Assembly (NCBI GenBank): GCA_900555045.1
Contig: USJW01000003.1
Coordinates: forward strand, 5,189-69,188
Source: an uncultured Clostridium sp.
Lineage (GTDB): Bacteria; Bacillota; Clostridia; Lachnospirales; Lachnospiraceae
Length of the DNA stretch: 64,000 bases
Reading direction: 5' to 3'
Shown here: piece after piece, positions 48,241 through 57,633 of the stretch
Position numbering within the stretch: the stretch's first letter is position 1
How the letters are laid out: each line of letters begins with the position of its first letter
Translations under genes and position numbers: made by a program
The notes under the pieces: generated by a model
Databases searched by the model: none
What the model was told of the DNA's origin: nothing
What the model saw: only the letters and a program-made list of their open reading frames with translations

Positions 48241-48714
48241 TCATGATCTGCTATTGTTTTTTGTGATTTGTTCGAAGAGGAGGCCGGTTCCGAACCAGAG
48301 GGGGGCGAAGTTCAGGCGGATGACGCCGTCGATGTTGTCGGGCCAGCGGGAATAGTCCCAGGGACAGATCCCGGCGCCGGTGAGCCAGGTTCCGGTCACG
48401 TACTCTGCGATGAAGATGAGCACCATGTAGATTAGCCCGTGGCGGATCAGAAGGGCGGTGCGGCTGATGTGCTCCCGGGACGCCTCCTCAAAGCCCGGCA
48501 GGCCGCTCAGCCAGTTGTCCACCCACCTGCTGATAGGAACCAGGCACGCGCCCATGCCGTAGATCGGGAACATGATGAGGGAGGTTCTCCCCATAAGCCG
48601 CCAGTCGCCCATCATGATGGAATCCACGGAGGTGAACATCACCTCCAGGCACCATCCGGCAACCCCACAGCGAAAAAAATTGATCAGGAATTGTTTTAAA
48701 GTCTGCGTTTTCAT
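48241..48714 (-). CDS. Small membrane protein, putative ABC permease family (CmpB/DUF1113-like)
   Basis: GWCLEV, P.YG, EY.TG, WDYS..P.N.DG.I.L...P.W. Confidence 0.75.
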   Translation of the reverse strand: MKTQTLKQFLINFFRCGVAGWCLEVMFTSVDSIMMGDWRLMGRTSLIMFPIYGMGACLVPISRWVDNWLSGLPGFEEASREHISRTALLIRHGLIYMVLIFIAEYVTGTWLTGAGICPWDYSRWPDNIDGVIRLNFAPLWFGTGLLFEQITKNNSRS

Positions 48715-48784
48715 ACCCTCTAGTATGAACCGCATGCCCTCGTTTTCATACGCCCGTTTTTCATTTCCAGAACTTCCCGTCCCT

Positions 48785-50320
48785 CTACAGTAACGGCGAC
48801 AGCAGCCGGCTGCTCTGCTCCTTAAACCGCATATACAGCCCCCGGCTGTGGTACTCCTCGCGGGTGATCTCCCGGCAGTGGGGCAGATCGTCCATGAAGG
48901 CCTTCTCCAGGCGCGCGGTGGTCTTCTGGTCGTAGAGCGTGGCGTTCACCTCAAAGTTCAGCTCGAAGCTGCGGATATCCATATTGGCGGTGCCGTAGCA
49001 GCTGACCTCGCCGTCTACCATCACGCCCTTGGAGTGTAAAAAGCCGTTCTCGTACACGTAGCAGCGCGCGCCGTAGTCCAAAAGCTCCCCCGCGTAGGAG
49101 CAGGTGGCCCAGTAGACGAAGGGGTGGTCCGGCTTGCACGGGATCATCAGCCGCACGTCCACGCCGGAGGACGCCGCGATCTTGAGCGCGGAAAAAATGG
49201 CGTCGTCCGGGATAAAATAGGGGGTCTGGATGTAGATGTGATGCCGCGCCTTGTGGAACAGCTCCAGGTAATTGTTGCGGATGTGGGGCTCCCGCGTGTC
49301 CGGGCCGCTGGTGATGATCTGCATGTACACCTGCTCCGCGTCCGGCCGGTCCTCGGGCCAGATGTGGCTGTTAAGCCCGCCGGAAAGCCGCGCCTTGGCC
49401 GCCTCCACCTCCTCGCCGAAGTAGCGAAGATCCTTGAACAGATTCTCCCCGGTGGCATAATTCCAGTCCAGGGCAAAGCGGATCTGAAGGCTGATGGCCG
49501 CCTCGCCCGTGATCTTTAAGTGCGTGTCGCGCCAGTACCCAAACTTGGGATCCTTAGAGATGTACTCCCTGCCGATGTTGAAGCCGCCCACGAACCCGGT
49601 GCGCCCGTCGATCACCACGATCTTGCGGTGATTTCGGAAATTCACGCGCAGGTTCAGCCAGCCGAGGAACGGCGGGAAGAACACGCCCACCCGGATTCCG
49701 GCGGCGCGCATCTCCTCCCAGCGGCGCTTCGGCATAAAGCGCCCGCCCATGCCGTCGTAGAGGATTCGGACCTCCACCCCCTCCTTCACCTTCTCCATGA
49801 GGATCGGGACGATGGAGTCGAACACCTCGTCATTTTTGATGATATAGTACTGAATGTGGATAAACCGCTTGGCTCCCCGGAGCTCCTGGCGCAGCGCCTC
49901 AAACTTCTCCCGCCCGTCGGTGTAGATGTCCACCGCGTTGCCCGCCGTCAGCACGGAGCCGCAGGTCTCCAGGTTGTAGAGCACAAGGCTGCTGTAGTCC
50001 CGGGTCATGCGGTCCATGTGATCGTCCGCGATCTGCTCGGAGCGGATCACATCCTCCTGGCTCTTGATGGGGAACTTTAGCCGGTCCTCCACCTCCTTCA
50101 CCCGGAACATGCGGCTCTTTTTCATGTCCTGGCCGAACAGGAGGTAGAACACCACGCCGAACACCGGTATGAAGTAGATTGCCAAAAGCCAGGTCCAGAC
50201 CGTCTTGGGATCACGGCGCTGAAAAAACACGATCACGATGGACAACAGCACGTTGATCAGCCACAGATGCTGCATCGCCCAGGCCCACATCCCCACAAAT
50301 CCGTTCCAAATATCTCCCAT
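48785..50320 (-). CDS. cls: Cardiolipin synthase
   Basis: Two N-terminal TMs; two HKD motifs (RNHRKIVVIDG, LHSKGVMVDG); RSFELNFE; C-terminal LLSPLL. Confidence 0.95.
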   Translation of the reverse strand: MGDIWNGFVGMWAWAMQHLWLINVLLSIVIVFFQRRDPKTVWTWLLAIYFIPVFGVVFYLLFGQDMKKSRMFRVKEVEDRLKFPIKSQEDVIRSEQIADDHMDRMTRDYSSLVLYNLETCGSVLTAGNAVDIYTDGREKFEALRQELRGAKRFIHIQYYIIKNDEVFDSIVPILMEKVKEGVEVRILYDGMGGRFMPKRRWEEMRAAGIRVGVFFPPFLGWLNLRVNFRNHRKIVVIDGRTGFVGGFNIGREYISKDPKFGYWRDTHLKITGEAAISLQIRFALDWNYATGENLFKDLRYFGEEVEAAKARLSGGLNSHIWPEDRPDAEQVYMQIITSGPDTREPHIRNNYLELFHKARHHIYIQTPYFIPDDAIFSALKIAASSGVDVRLMIPCKPDHPFVYWATCSYAGELLDYGARCYVYENGFLHSKGVMVDGEVSCYGTANMDIRSFELNFEVNATLYDQKTTARLEKAFMDDLPHCREITREEYHSRGLYMRFKEQSSRLLSPLL

Positions 50321-50339
50321 ACCGGCACCTCTCCTTCTC

Positions 50340-50786
50340 CTAAATTGCCGAGTCCACGTGCTCCAATGTCCGGTTTCCCTCGCTGTCATAGGATATCCGC
50401 ACACGGTCAAACTGATTCACGTATGTGATCTGTCCCAGGAAACAGTGCTCGAAATCCACGTAGATTTGTTCAATCCGCGCTCCCTCCATCCCGCCTCCGA
50501 TGTAATCGCTCAGCGCGTTGTCCGGTTGATCCAGCTCCAGATTGATCAGAATCCTGACACTCTTAAAATTCAACTTTCCCTCGGCCTCTTTGTCGTGCAG
50601 GTAGCGGTTCACCGCGTCCGCCACAGCCAGCGCCTCGGTCTCCGATGCCACGCGCCTGGCCGCTTCCGTATAACGGTCCACATGCGGCACCGACAGCATC
50701 ACCAAAATCGCGAGGATCGCCAGGACTGCTACCAGCTCCACCAGCGTATATCCGCCGTTTTTCTCTCGTTTTCGTCTGTTTTTCAT
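50340..50786 (-). CDS. Type IV pilin-like protein
   Basis: Basic leader then G|YTLVELVAVLAILAIL (class III signal peptide, E5). Start is uncertain (50786 or 50801). Confidence 0.85.
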   Translation of the reverse strand: MKNRRKREKNGGYTLVELVAVLAILAILVMLSVPHVDRYTEAARRVASETEALAVADAVNRYLHDKEAEGKLNFKSVRILINLELDQPDNALSDYIGGGMEGARIEQIYVDFEHCFLGQITYVNQFDRVRISYDSEGNRTLEHVDSAI

Positions 50787-50810
50787 CTCAAAATGGTTCA
50801 ATAATGGCCC

Positions 50811-50839
50811 ATTGTATCATAAACAACGCCCGTTTGCAA
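50811..50839 (-). promoter_or_regulatory. sigmaA promoter for the pilin-cls unit
   Basis: TTGCAA-N17-TACAAT with extended TG. Confidence 0.7.
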
Positions 50840-50866
50840 GAAAACTCCCCTCCGTGCGGCAGGCCA

Positions 50867-51226
50867 TCACTTGCTGGTAACCGTTCCCTCCCCCGTCTTC
50901 CCGCTGTATGTGGCCGTGTAAATCTTCCCGTTGATCTCGCCCTCCCAGGTGGCGGTGTCTGTCTTCGGATCGTAGGTGCTCGCCTCGGTCTCTGCCTCGC
51001 TCATCACCCCGGCGTCGAGCAGTGTCTGCTGGGCCTTCCCCGCAGAATACTCCGACCGCGCGTTGGCCATCGCCACCTGCTCGGCCGCCTTGTTCTGCAC
51101 CTTCCGGTAGGACGGCACCGCGACCGCCACAAGAATCCCAAGTATCGCGATCACGCAGATCAGTTCCACCAGCGTAAAACCCGCTCTGCCGCGCTGTTTT
51201 CCGTCTTCTCTCAATCCTTTAAGCAT
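50867..51226 (-). CDS. Type IV pilin (likely major pilin)
   Basis: G|FTLVELICVIAILGILVAVAVP; RBS gaaagga. Confidence 0.9.
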   Translation of the reverse strand: MLKGLREDGKQRGRAGFTLVELICVIAILGILVAVAVPSYRKVQNKAAEQVAMANARSEYSAGKAQQTLLDAGVMSEAETEASTYDPKTDTATWEGEINGKIYTATYSGKTGEGTVTSK

Positions 51227-51293
51227 CCTGTCTGTCCTTTCTAGGCTTTCTCTTTTGTCTGTCCACTACATCATATGGTCCGATCCCCTGTCC

Positions 51294-52982
51294 TCATTCG
51301 GCCGAATAGATAATCTTCTCCAGTTCCTCCATGGAGGTCTCCCCGTCCAGGACCATCCGGGCCGCCTGATCCCGCAGGCTCATATTCCCGCAGGCCCGCA
51401 ATGCCTTTCGAATCTTCTGCGGAGGCGCTCCCCGCAGGATCATGCCCCTCATCTGCTCATCCAACTCCATGAACTCGTAGATGGCCCTCCTGCCGATGTA
51501 GCCGGTGCCGTTGCAGCGCGCACACCCTACCGGCCGAAAGAGTGCTGTGACCGGGGCCTGTGACACAGCCGCAAGCGCCTCCCGCTCCGCCTCGCCCGGC
51601 TGGTAACTCTCACGGCAGTGGGGGCACAGCTTCTTCACGAGGCGCTGGGCGATCACCCCGGTGAGCGCCGCGGCCGCCATGTAGGGGACCACGCCCATGT
51701 CCAAAAGCCTGGCCACGCTGGAGGCACAGTCGTTGGTGTGAAGCGTCGAGAACACCAGGTGGCCCGTGATGGCCGCGCGGACACCGATTGCGACGGTCTC
51801 GTCGTCGCGCATCTCGCCGATCATGATCACATCCGGGTCCTGCCGCAGAATGGACCGCAGCGCGGCGGCGAAGGTGAGCCCGGCCTTCATGTTGACCTGC
51901 ACCTGCGCGGCGCCCGCGATGCTCCGCTCCACCGGGTCCTCCACGGTCACCACGTTGATCTTCTGCCGGACCAGCTGGTTTAGCGCCGCGTAGAGCGTGG
52001 TGGTCTTTCCGCTGCCCGTGGGCCCGGTGACCAGCACCAGCCCGTAGGGCGCCTTTAAAAAGCGGTGAAAGATCTCCTCCTGCTTTTCCGTCATCCCCAG
52101 CCGCCTCACGTCCGTCAGCTCATCGTCCCGGCCGTTGTTCAGAAGCCGGAGCACCACCTTCTCCCCATAGATAGTGGGCAGCGCAGAGATCCGCAGGTCC
52201 GTCCTCACTCCCGCCCGGTCATAGCGGCATTTTCCATCCTGCGGGATCCGCTTCTCCGCAATGTCCATGCCTCCCATGATCTTAAGCCTGGTGACGATGG
52301 GACGATGCGCCTCCATGCTCATGGTCGTGTGGACAATCAGGTCCCCGTTCAGGCGCAGCCGGATGACCAGCTGGTCCGCGGACGGCTCCACGTGGATATC
52401 GCTGGCCCCCTTGAGACACGCCTGCTCAATCAGCGTGTTGACCATCTTCACCACCGGCGTGCCCTCCACGCGCTCGGAGAGGTCCTTCGCGGCCTGATTC
52501 TTCCCCTGCCCCGTCACCTCCAGGTTGACGTGCCGGACCGCGCTTCTCAAATCCTGGTCCCGGTACAAGGCCCTGGCGCAGCTGCGTATTTTCTCCTCCG
52601 CCGCCAGGACAATCTTCGTCTCCATGCCCGTGATCGCGGTAATCTCATCGAACACGTCGTACATCAGCGGATCCCTGGCCGCCACCACCAGGACGCCGTC
52701 CGATATTCCCACCGGCAGCACGCAGTACTGCTCGGAGAACGTGTACGCGATCAGGCCCGCAGCCCTGGCGTCCACCTTGTACTCGGACAGATCCACCACC
52801 TCAAGCCCGTCCCGCTCCCCGAGGCAGTCCAAAAGCTCCTGCTCTGAGATGTAGCCGAAATCCAGCAGAATCCCCTCCATGGGCTTGTCCGGGCAGCGCT
52901 CTTTGAATTTCCGGGCCCGCTCAAGCTGCCGCTCCGTAAGCACACCGCGCTCAAGCAGCAGCGTTTCGATAGGAATATTCAT
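51294..52982 (-). CDS. pilB: Type IV pilus assembly ATPase PilB/GspE
   Basis: ASDIHVEP, PQDG, GPTGSGKTTTLY, LRQDPDVIM.GE.RD, TGH...STLHTND and CPHC/CARC. Start is 52982 or 53012. Confidence 0.93.
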   Translation of the reverse strand: MNIPIETLLLERGVLTERQLERARKFKERCPDKPMEGILLDFGYISEQELLDCLGERDGLEVVDLSEYKVDARAAGLIAYTFSEQYCVLPVGISDGVLVVAARDPLMYDVFDEITAITGMETKIVLAAEEKIRSCARALYRDQDLRSAVRHVNLEVTGQGKNQAAKDLSERVEGTPVVKMVNTLIEQACLKGASDIHVEPSADQLVIRLRLNGDLIVHTTMSMEAHRPIVTRLKIMGGMDIAEKRIPQDGKCRYDRAGVRTDLRISALPTIYGEKVVLRLLNNGRDDELTDVRRLGMTEKQEEIFHRFLKAPYGLVLVTGPTGSGKTTTLYAALNQLVRQKINVVTVEDPVERSIAGAAQVQVNMKAGLTFAAALRSILRQDPDVIMIGEMRDDETVAIGVRAAITGHLVFSTLHTNDCASSVARLLDMGVVPYMAAAALTGVIAQRLVKKLCPHCRESYQPGEAEREALAAVSQAPVTALFRPVGCARCNGTGYIGRRAIYEFMELDEQMRGMILRGAPPQKIRKALRACGNMSLRDQAARMVLDGETSMEELEKIIYSAE

Positions 52983-52991
52983 ACTCTTGCC

Positions 52992-53020
52992 TTGTCCCTT
53001 TCTGCCGAACATGTTATACT
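52992..53020 (+). promoter_or_regulatory. sigmaA promoter for pilD, antisense to the pilus operon
   Basis: TTGTCC-N17-TATACT with extended TG, 30 nt upstream of the pilD ATG. Confidence 0.6.
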
Positions 53021-53049
53021 GGAGCCACTTATGCCAGGAGGAACGTAGT

Positions 53050-53841
53050 ATGTGGCTATCCAGTTTATTTTTCGGCGTGACCTATCTGATCTTCGGCTGC
53101 TGTGTCGGCAGCTTTATAAACGCGTGTATCCAGAATGTGCCCAGAGAGCGCCCGGTCGTGGGCGGCCGGTCGGCGTGCCCCAGCTGCGGGCACCGGCTGG
53201 GAGTCCGCGACTTGATCCCCGTGTTCTCCTGGTTTGCCCTAAAAGGCCGATGCCCCTACTGCCGCCACCCGATACCGGCCCGCGTCCCCGCCGTGGAGCT
53301 TGTAACCGGCATCGCCTATCTCGTCTGCTGCATCCGTCTCGGTCCGGGCACCGAGGCGGTTCTGGCCTGCCTGTTTATCTCGGTCTTAATCGCAGCCGCA
53401 TGGATCGACTGGGAATGGCTGTATGTCCCGGACGGGGTCTCTGCCGCGGTACTTGCCATCGGCCTTCTCTCCCTAATCCCCTTGCCGGGCACCTCTCTCC
53501 TTCGCCGCCCGTTTGTGCCCTCGCTCTTCCCGGCCCTCGCCGGGGCGGCACTCATCGGTGCATGTCTCTGGATCATATCGTACCTCACCGATGGCGGCAT
53601 CGGGGGCGGTGACATCAAGCTCTTAGCGGCCTCCGCCTTTTATCTGGGGTTCCAGAGATGCGTGCTCGCCGTGCTGTCCGGCTATGTGCTTGCGGCAATA
53701 TTCTGCGTGCCCGCGCTGATCACCGGAAAGCTCAACCGGAACTGCATGGTCCCAATGGTCCCGTTCTTCGCGGTCTCGCTGTCCATATCCCTGCTGTGGG
53801 GGTACCGCATCCTTGGCTGGTATCTGGGGCTTCTGCGCTGA
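53050..53841 (+). CDS. pilD: Prepilin peptidase
   Basis: GSFIN, SACPSC, LIPVFSW..LKGRC.YC, catalytic ID and GGGDIKL, PMVPF; RBS aggagg. Confidence 0.92.
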   Translation: MWLSSLFFGVTYLIFGCCVGSFINACIQNVPRERPVVGGRSACPSCGHRLGVRDLIPVFSWFALKGRCPYCRHPIPARVPAVELVTGIAYLVCCIRLGPGTEAVLACLFISVLIAAAWIDWEWLYVPDGVSAAVLAIGLLSLIPLPGTSLLRRPFVPSLFPALAGAALIGACLWIISYLTDGGIGGGDIKLLAASAFYLGFQRCVLAVLSGYVLAAIFCVPALITGKLNRNCMVPMVPFFAVSLSISLLWGYRILGWYLGLLR

Positions 53842-53862
53842 CGTCTGCCCGAAGCGGAAGCG

Positions 53863-54528
53863 CTACTTGTCCCCGTAATACCTGAGGACACCTTTTCCCC
53901 GGGTGTAAAACTCCAGAATTTCCGGCTCGCTCTCGCTTCCCTCGTCCGGTTTGATAGCGGGACCGCCCTCAAGCTCCAGTCCGCCGCCCTCCCCCTCATC
54001 GCCGTCACCCTCATGCTCCGGGACCTCAATCTCCAGGGTCTCCCCCTCCGGATCGTCAAACAGAATGTCCGCGTTCATGGTAAACGTGTAGTCATGCCGG
54101 GAAACCTGCGTGTGCACCGCGGCCTGTCCCATGCCCGGCCGGGCCGTCAGACAGATTTTCACGTTCAGATCCCCCTTCCCGCCGTGGCCCTCCGACACAT
54201 ACTCCAGCTTTTCCAGTCTCCTGAGGAGCTGTTCCCCGCTCATCCAGCCGGCCTCGCCGATTATCTCCCTGCTGTCCTCCTCAAATTGCTCCCAGATCCG
54301 CTCCATCGCGTTTGAGGAGCCGTCGCTCACCGCCTGGCAGAACGATTGGTGGATAAGCCTCGCCGTGGTCTGCGCCTCCATGTACTCCCGGTTTTTGACC
54401 GATGACTCCATGTTATAGTTGGACAGGTATAAAAATCCGGTGGACAGAATGGTGAACATCGTCATGATGACCACCACATACATCAGACTGCCGCCCTGTC
54501 TCGGGTCAATGCGCCTCAACACCGTCAC
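53863..54528 (-). CDS. PilX/PilK-like minor pilin
   Basis: G|GSLMYVVVIM hydrophobic N-terminus without E5; last of the minor pilins. Confidence 0.65.
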   Translation of the reverse strand: MTVLRRIDPRQGGSLMYVVVIMTMFTILSTGFLYLSNYNMESSVKNREYMEAQTTARLIHQSFCQAVSDGSSNAMERIWEQFEEDSREIIGEAGWMSGEQLLRRLEKLEYVSEGHGGKGDLNVKICLTARPGMGQAAVHTQVSRHDYTFTMNADILFDDPEGETLEIEVPEHEGDGDEGEGGGLELEGGPAIKPDEGSESEPEILEFYTRGKGVLRYYGDK

Positions 54529-55015
54529 CTCTCTGGCCGTATATGCTTAAGAATGTGTATTCCTGCTCATACACGGTACTCCCCTCCCCGTCGAGAACCC
54601 GGATCCGCACCTTCACCTCGCTGCTCCCGCAGTCCGTGAATGCAAGCTCCGGCTGCAGCTCGGTGTTTCCAACATCTTCCAAATCCATGAGACTCACCGC
54701 GCACGCCTCCGGGGCGCTTTTTCTGGTGCCCGCGTTCCCGTTGACCATGTAGTGCAGGGTTCCCGGTTCGTCCGGATCCACATGAAACTCATACCCGTAC
54801 CGCAGCCGTTCCTCCAACAGCATGTACACGCGGCCGCACATCTCCTTGCCCTCCACCGCCTGTCCGCTCCGGAAGTAGAGCTTCATCTGCGGCGCCAGAA
54901 AGCCGGTGAAGAACAGGGCCGCCACCGCGGCGATGGACAGCGCCATCATGAGTTCGATCAGCGTAAAACCGCCGTTTCCCATGCGTCCGTTTTTCGCACC
55001 CACAGCTGCGCTCAC
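54506..55015 (-). CDS. Minor pilin
   Basis: G|FTLIELMMALSI. Confidence 0.82.
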   Translation of the reverse strand: MSAAVGAKNGRMGNGGFTLIELMMALSIAAVAALFFTGFLAPQMKLYFRSGQAVEGKEMCGRVYMLLEERLRYGYEFHVDPDEPGTLHYMVNGNAGTRKSAPEACAVSLMDLEDVGNTELQPELAFTDCGSSEVKVRIRVLDGEGSTVYEQEYTFLSIYGQRGDGVEAH

Positions 55016-55356
55016 CGCCCTTCCCGCTCCAGGCTATAATAGGTAAGCTCATCCCCGCCGTCGCCTGTCACCTGATACTGCTCAAAATACTCCTCGGCGC
55101 CGTGATCGAAGTACACCGTCAGGCCGTCCCCAACGGCGTTCCCCTCCCCGCGCACCGCCGATTCGCCGAGCTCGTAGCTCTGCCGGTCCATCTCGTGTTC
55201 CCTGGCCAGGAGACGCGTGTTCACGGCTGTCATCTGCAAAAAGGCCGTGCTGATGAGCGCGATCAGCGCCACGCTGACAATCACTTCAATCAGCGAAAAG
55301 CCGCCAGACGGCGAGAGCCCGCCCCGCTTCCCCGGTTTAAACGGCTTTAAATCCAT
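55012..55356 (-). CDS. Minor pilin (PilV-like)
   Basis: G|FSLIEVIVSVALI. Confidence 0.82.
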   Translation of the reverse strand: MDLKPFKPGKRGGLSPSGGFSLIEVIVSVALIALISTAFLQMTAVNTRLLAREHEMDRQSYELGESAVRGEGNAVGDGLTVYFDHGAEEYFEQYQVTGDGGDELTYYSLEREGR

Positions 55357-56057
55357 CAGAAGTCCTCCCCGGCCTGCTGCCGTTTTATCCAATAAAAGCT
55401 CAAATCCATACTGCACCTTACCTCGCTCCCAGCCTCGCTCGCCGTGGCCCTTGGCTGGGGCTCCTTTATTTCCATATAATCGACCGCCATACTGTCCGGG
55501 CTGGAATCGATCTGCTCCGCAAGGCGGACGATCATGCCCGGCGTCTGCGCGCTGAGCTCCAGGTAGACTGGGATGCGCTGCAGCACGAGATCCTCCGGCG
55601 ACGGGTCAATACCACCACTTGGGCTCTCCTCCGCGCGGATTGTGTCCGCCCTGAGCGGCCCATTTTCCTCCGCGCGAACCGTGTCCGCCCCAAACATCCC
55701 GTCCTCCTCCGAGAACGGCTCCGCCGCCCCGATCTCCATCTTGCGGATCCTGACGCCGGCCCTCGCTGCCAGGTCCTGCAGCAGGCGGTCCACCGCCACA
55801 TCGTCCAATTCTGTCCAAACGAATTCCTCGGGTTTGTCCGCCGTAGTATCCGCGGCAGAAGCCCTCCCGTTCCCCACGCCCGCCTTGCTCAAATACTTCT
55901 CCACGCAGGTCCTCCGGTACTCCACCTCCTCCAGCTGTCTTTCTGCCTCCCGGCGTCTCCCCGCGGCGGGCTCCAGAATTTTGCCCGCGCCCACATACCA
56001 GATGAGCATCACCGCAAGCACGGTGAGCAGCACGCATTCCCGTTTACTCAGACGCAT
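55356..56057 (-). CDS. PilO-like alignment protein
   Basis: MRLSKRE plus TM plus coiled coil; position after pilMN. Confidence 0.6.
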   Translation of the reverse strand: MRLSKRECVLLTVLAVMLIWYVGAGKILEPAAGRRREAERQLEEVEYRRTCVEKYLSKAGVGNGRASAADTTADKPEEFVWTELDDVAVDRLLQDLAARAGVRIRKMEIGAAEPFSEEDGMFGADTVRAEENGPLRADTIRAEESPSGGIDPSPEDLVLQRIPVYLELSAQTPGMIVRLAEQIDSSPDSMAVDYMEIKEPQPRATASEAGSEVRCSMDLSFYWIKRQQAGEDF

Positions 56058-57633
56058 CCGGCAGTCCCTCCCTCGCATTCAAATCCACCCGCAGCTCCAG
56101 GCTGAGTTCTCCGGACGTCTCATCCCCGTATTCCCAGCCGCTGTGGTCTACACCCGCAAAGCGGCCGCAGCCGCGGACCCGCTCCACATAGTCCGGGGCC
56201 GCCCCGGGTTCCGGTATGGACACCCGCACGCTGAGAAGCCCCTTTTCCCCGTCAAGCACCAGGGAACGGATCTCCATCCCGGCCGCAAGGCAGTCCGACA
56301 GCGCCTGGTAGTCTCCCAGTCGCAAATGCTTTGTCCTGCCGACCAGCTGTTCGCTCCGCTTCATCTGCCTTTGGTACTCCCTCCCCTGCTCCGTCTCCCG
56401 TCTGCGCTCCAGAAGCTCACGGTAGATCGCATCGCCGCCGTTTGCGGCCATCTCTGCGGACAGCTCCCCGGCATACTTCATGTTCTTCGCAGTTTCAAAT
56501 TCCAAATATCCCCAGATTGCAGCCACCGCCAGCGCGTTGATCCCCACAGCCAGAAGGCAGCGGGTTCCCATGTTCCCGCTTCGCCTCCCGGTCCGGCGGA
56601 CCGCCTTTTGCCCGGAGGCCAGGAAATCCACAGGCCGGCATCCGCGCCGATTACAGCTGGCGCTTAGGACCGCCAGGGTGCCAAAATGCACATCGCCGTC
56701 ACGCCGTTTTCCGCTGCCGCCTCGTCGGTGTCCGCTGCCCTCGCGCCGTTTTCCACTGCCCTCGCTGTCCCTGTTGTCCCCGTCATCCCCGCGCAGCGCA
56801 AAGCGCACGGGTTCGCAGGGAATTTTAAGGAGCCCGTCCAGGCACTCCGCCAGATCGTCCGCATGGCCCGGTCCGCTTTCGTCCGCGCAGCCCAGCCCGC
56901 TTGTGAGAAGGTACACCCGCGCCGGTGTCTCACCGGACGGGCGCGCTTCGCCGAACTGCGCCGCTTTTTTGACCTGGTCGGCCAGCTCCTCGCACAAAAG
57001 CTCCTCCGCTCCCGCCTCGCAGAACCCCCTCACATTCAATCGGATGCTGCGGTTTAGCAGGCAGTGGCCGCCCTTCACCAGGTACAGGCGCAGTTTGTCC
57101 GGCTCCAGAGCCATGACCACCGCGCTCTCATCCCGCTCCCCGTACCGCGCCGCCAGCTTTGCCACGCAGTCCGGCAGCGCGAAGACGCCCGTGCAGGTGA
57201 CCCTCGCCTCCCGGAACGCGGCCATCCATGCTTCCAAGGTGCTCCTACCGGTCGCATAAGCCAAAAGGTGCTGGCCTTTCGCCCCTCTTCCCGCCTCCAG
57301 CACGTCCATGTCCACGGCCAACGGCCGGTCCGACTTGCGCAGATACGCGATCTCATTGCAGATCATCCGCCGCGTCACCCGCTTGGAGGCGGCCGGCAGA
57401 TGCATCTCCTTTAAGTACACCTCGCTCCCTCCGAGCGCGGCAGTCACGCGTTTTCCGGACAGTCCAAGCGCCCGGAGTGCCCCGGCATACGCCTCTGTGC
57501 CGTCGTCCTCCGAAATTTCCACCGTCCTTGCGTCCTTCACGGCAAATCCATCCGCTTCCAGGCGGCCGCACAGGTAGAATATGCGCCCCGGTTCCAGATA
57601 AAGGTAATGTTTCAATGCGTTCCTCCTCGTCAA
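56044..57633 (-). CDS. PilM-PilN fusion-like protein
   Basis: Actin-like PilM region (LPA, LL.R.I, YL..SG), then VDFL, a TM, a coiled coil and YVE.V.....F (PilN-like). Lies between pilC and pilO. Confidence 0.65.
   Translation of the reverse strand: MTRRNALKHYLYLEPGRIFYLCGRLEADGFAVKDARTVEISEDDGTEAYAGALRALGLSGKRVTAALGGSEVYLKEMHLPAASKRVTRRMICNEIAYLRKSDRPLAVDMDVLEAGRGAKGQHLLAYATGRSTLEAWMAAFREARVTCTGVFALPDCVAKLAARYGERDESAVVMALEPDKLRLYLVKGGHCLLNRSIRLNVRGFCEAGAEELLCEELADQVKKAAQFGEARPSGETPARVYLLTSGLGCADESGPGHADDLAECLDGLLKIPCEPVRFALRGDDGDNRDSEGSGKRREGSGHRRGGSGKRRDGDVHFGTLAVLSASCNRRGCRPVDFLASGQKAVRRTGRRSGNMGTRCLLAVGINALAVAAIWGYLEFETAKNMKYAGELSAEMAANGGDAIYRELLERRRETEQGREYQRQMKRSEQLVGRTKHLRLGDYQALSDCLAAGMEIRSLVLDGEKGLLSVRVSIPEPGAAPDYVERVRGCGRFAGVDHSGWEYGDETSGELSLELRVDLNAREGLPDASE

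Noticed and set aside
48721..48751. Sporulation sigma promoter before the DUF1113-like gene
   Set aside because: GTATG to CATACTA spacing is 19 bp and leaves only 6 nt before the ATG. It may just be a short inverted repeat.
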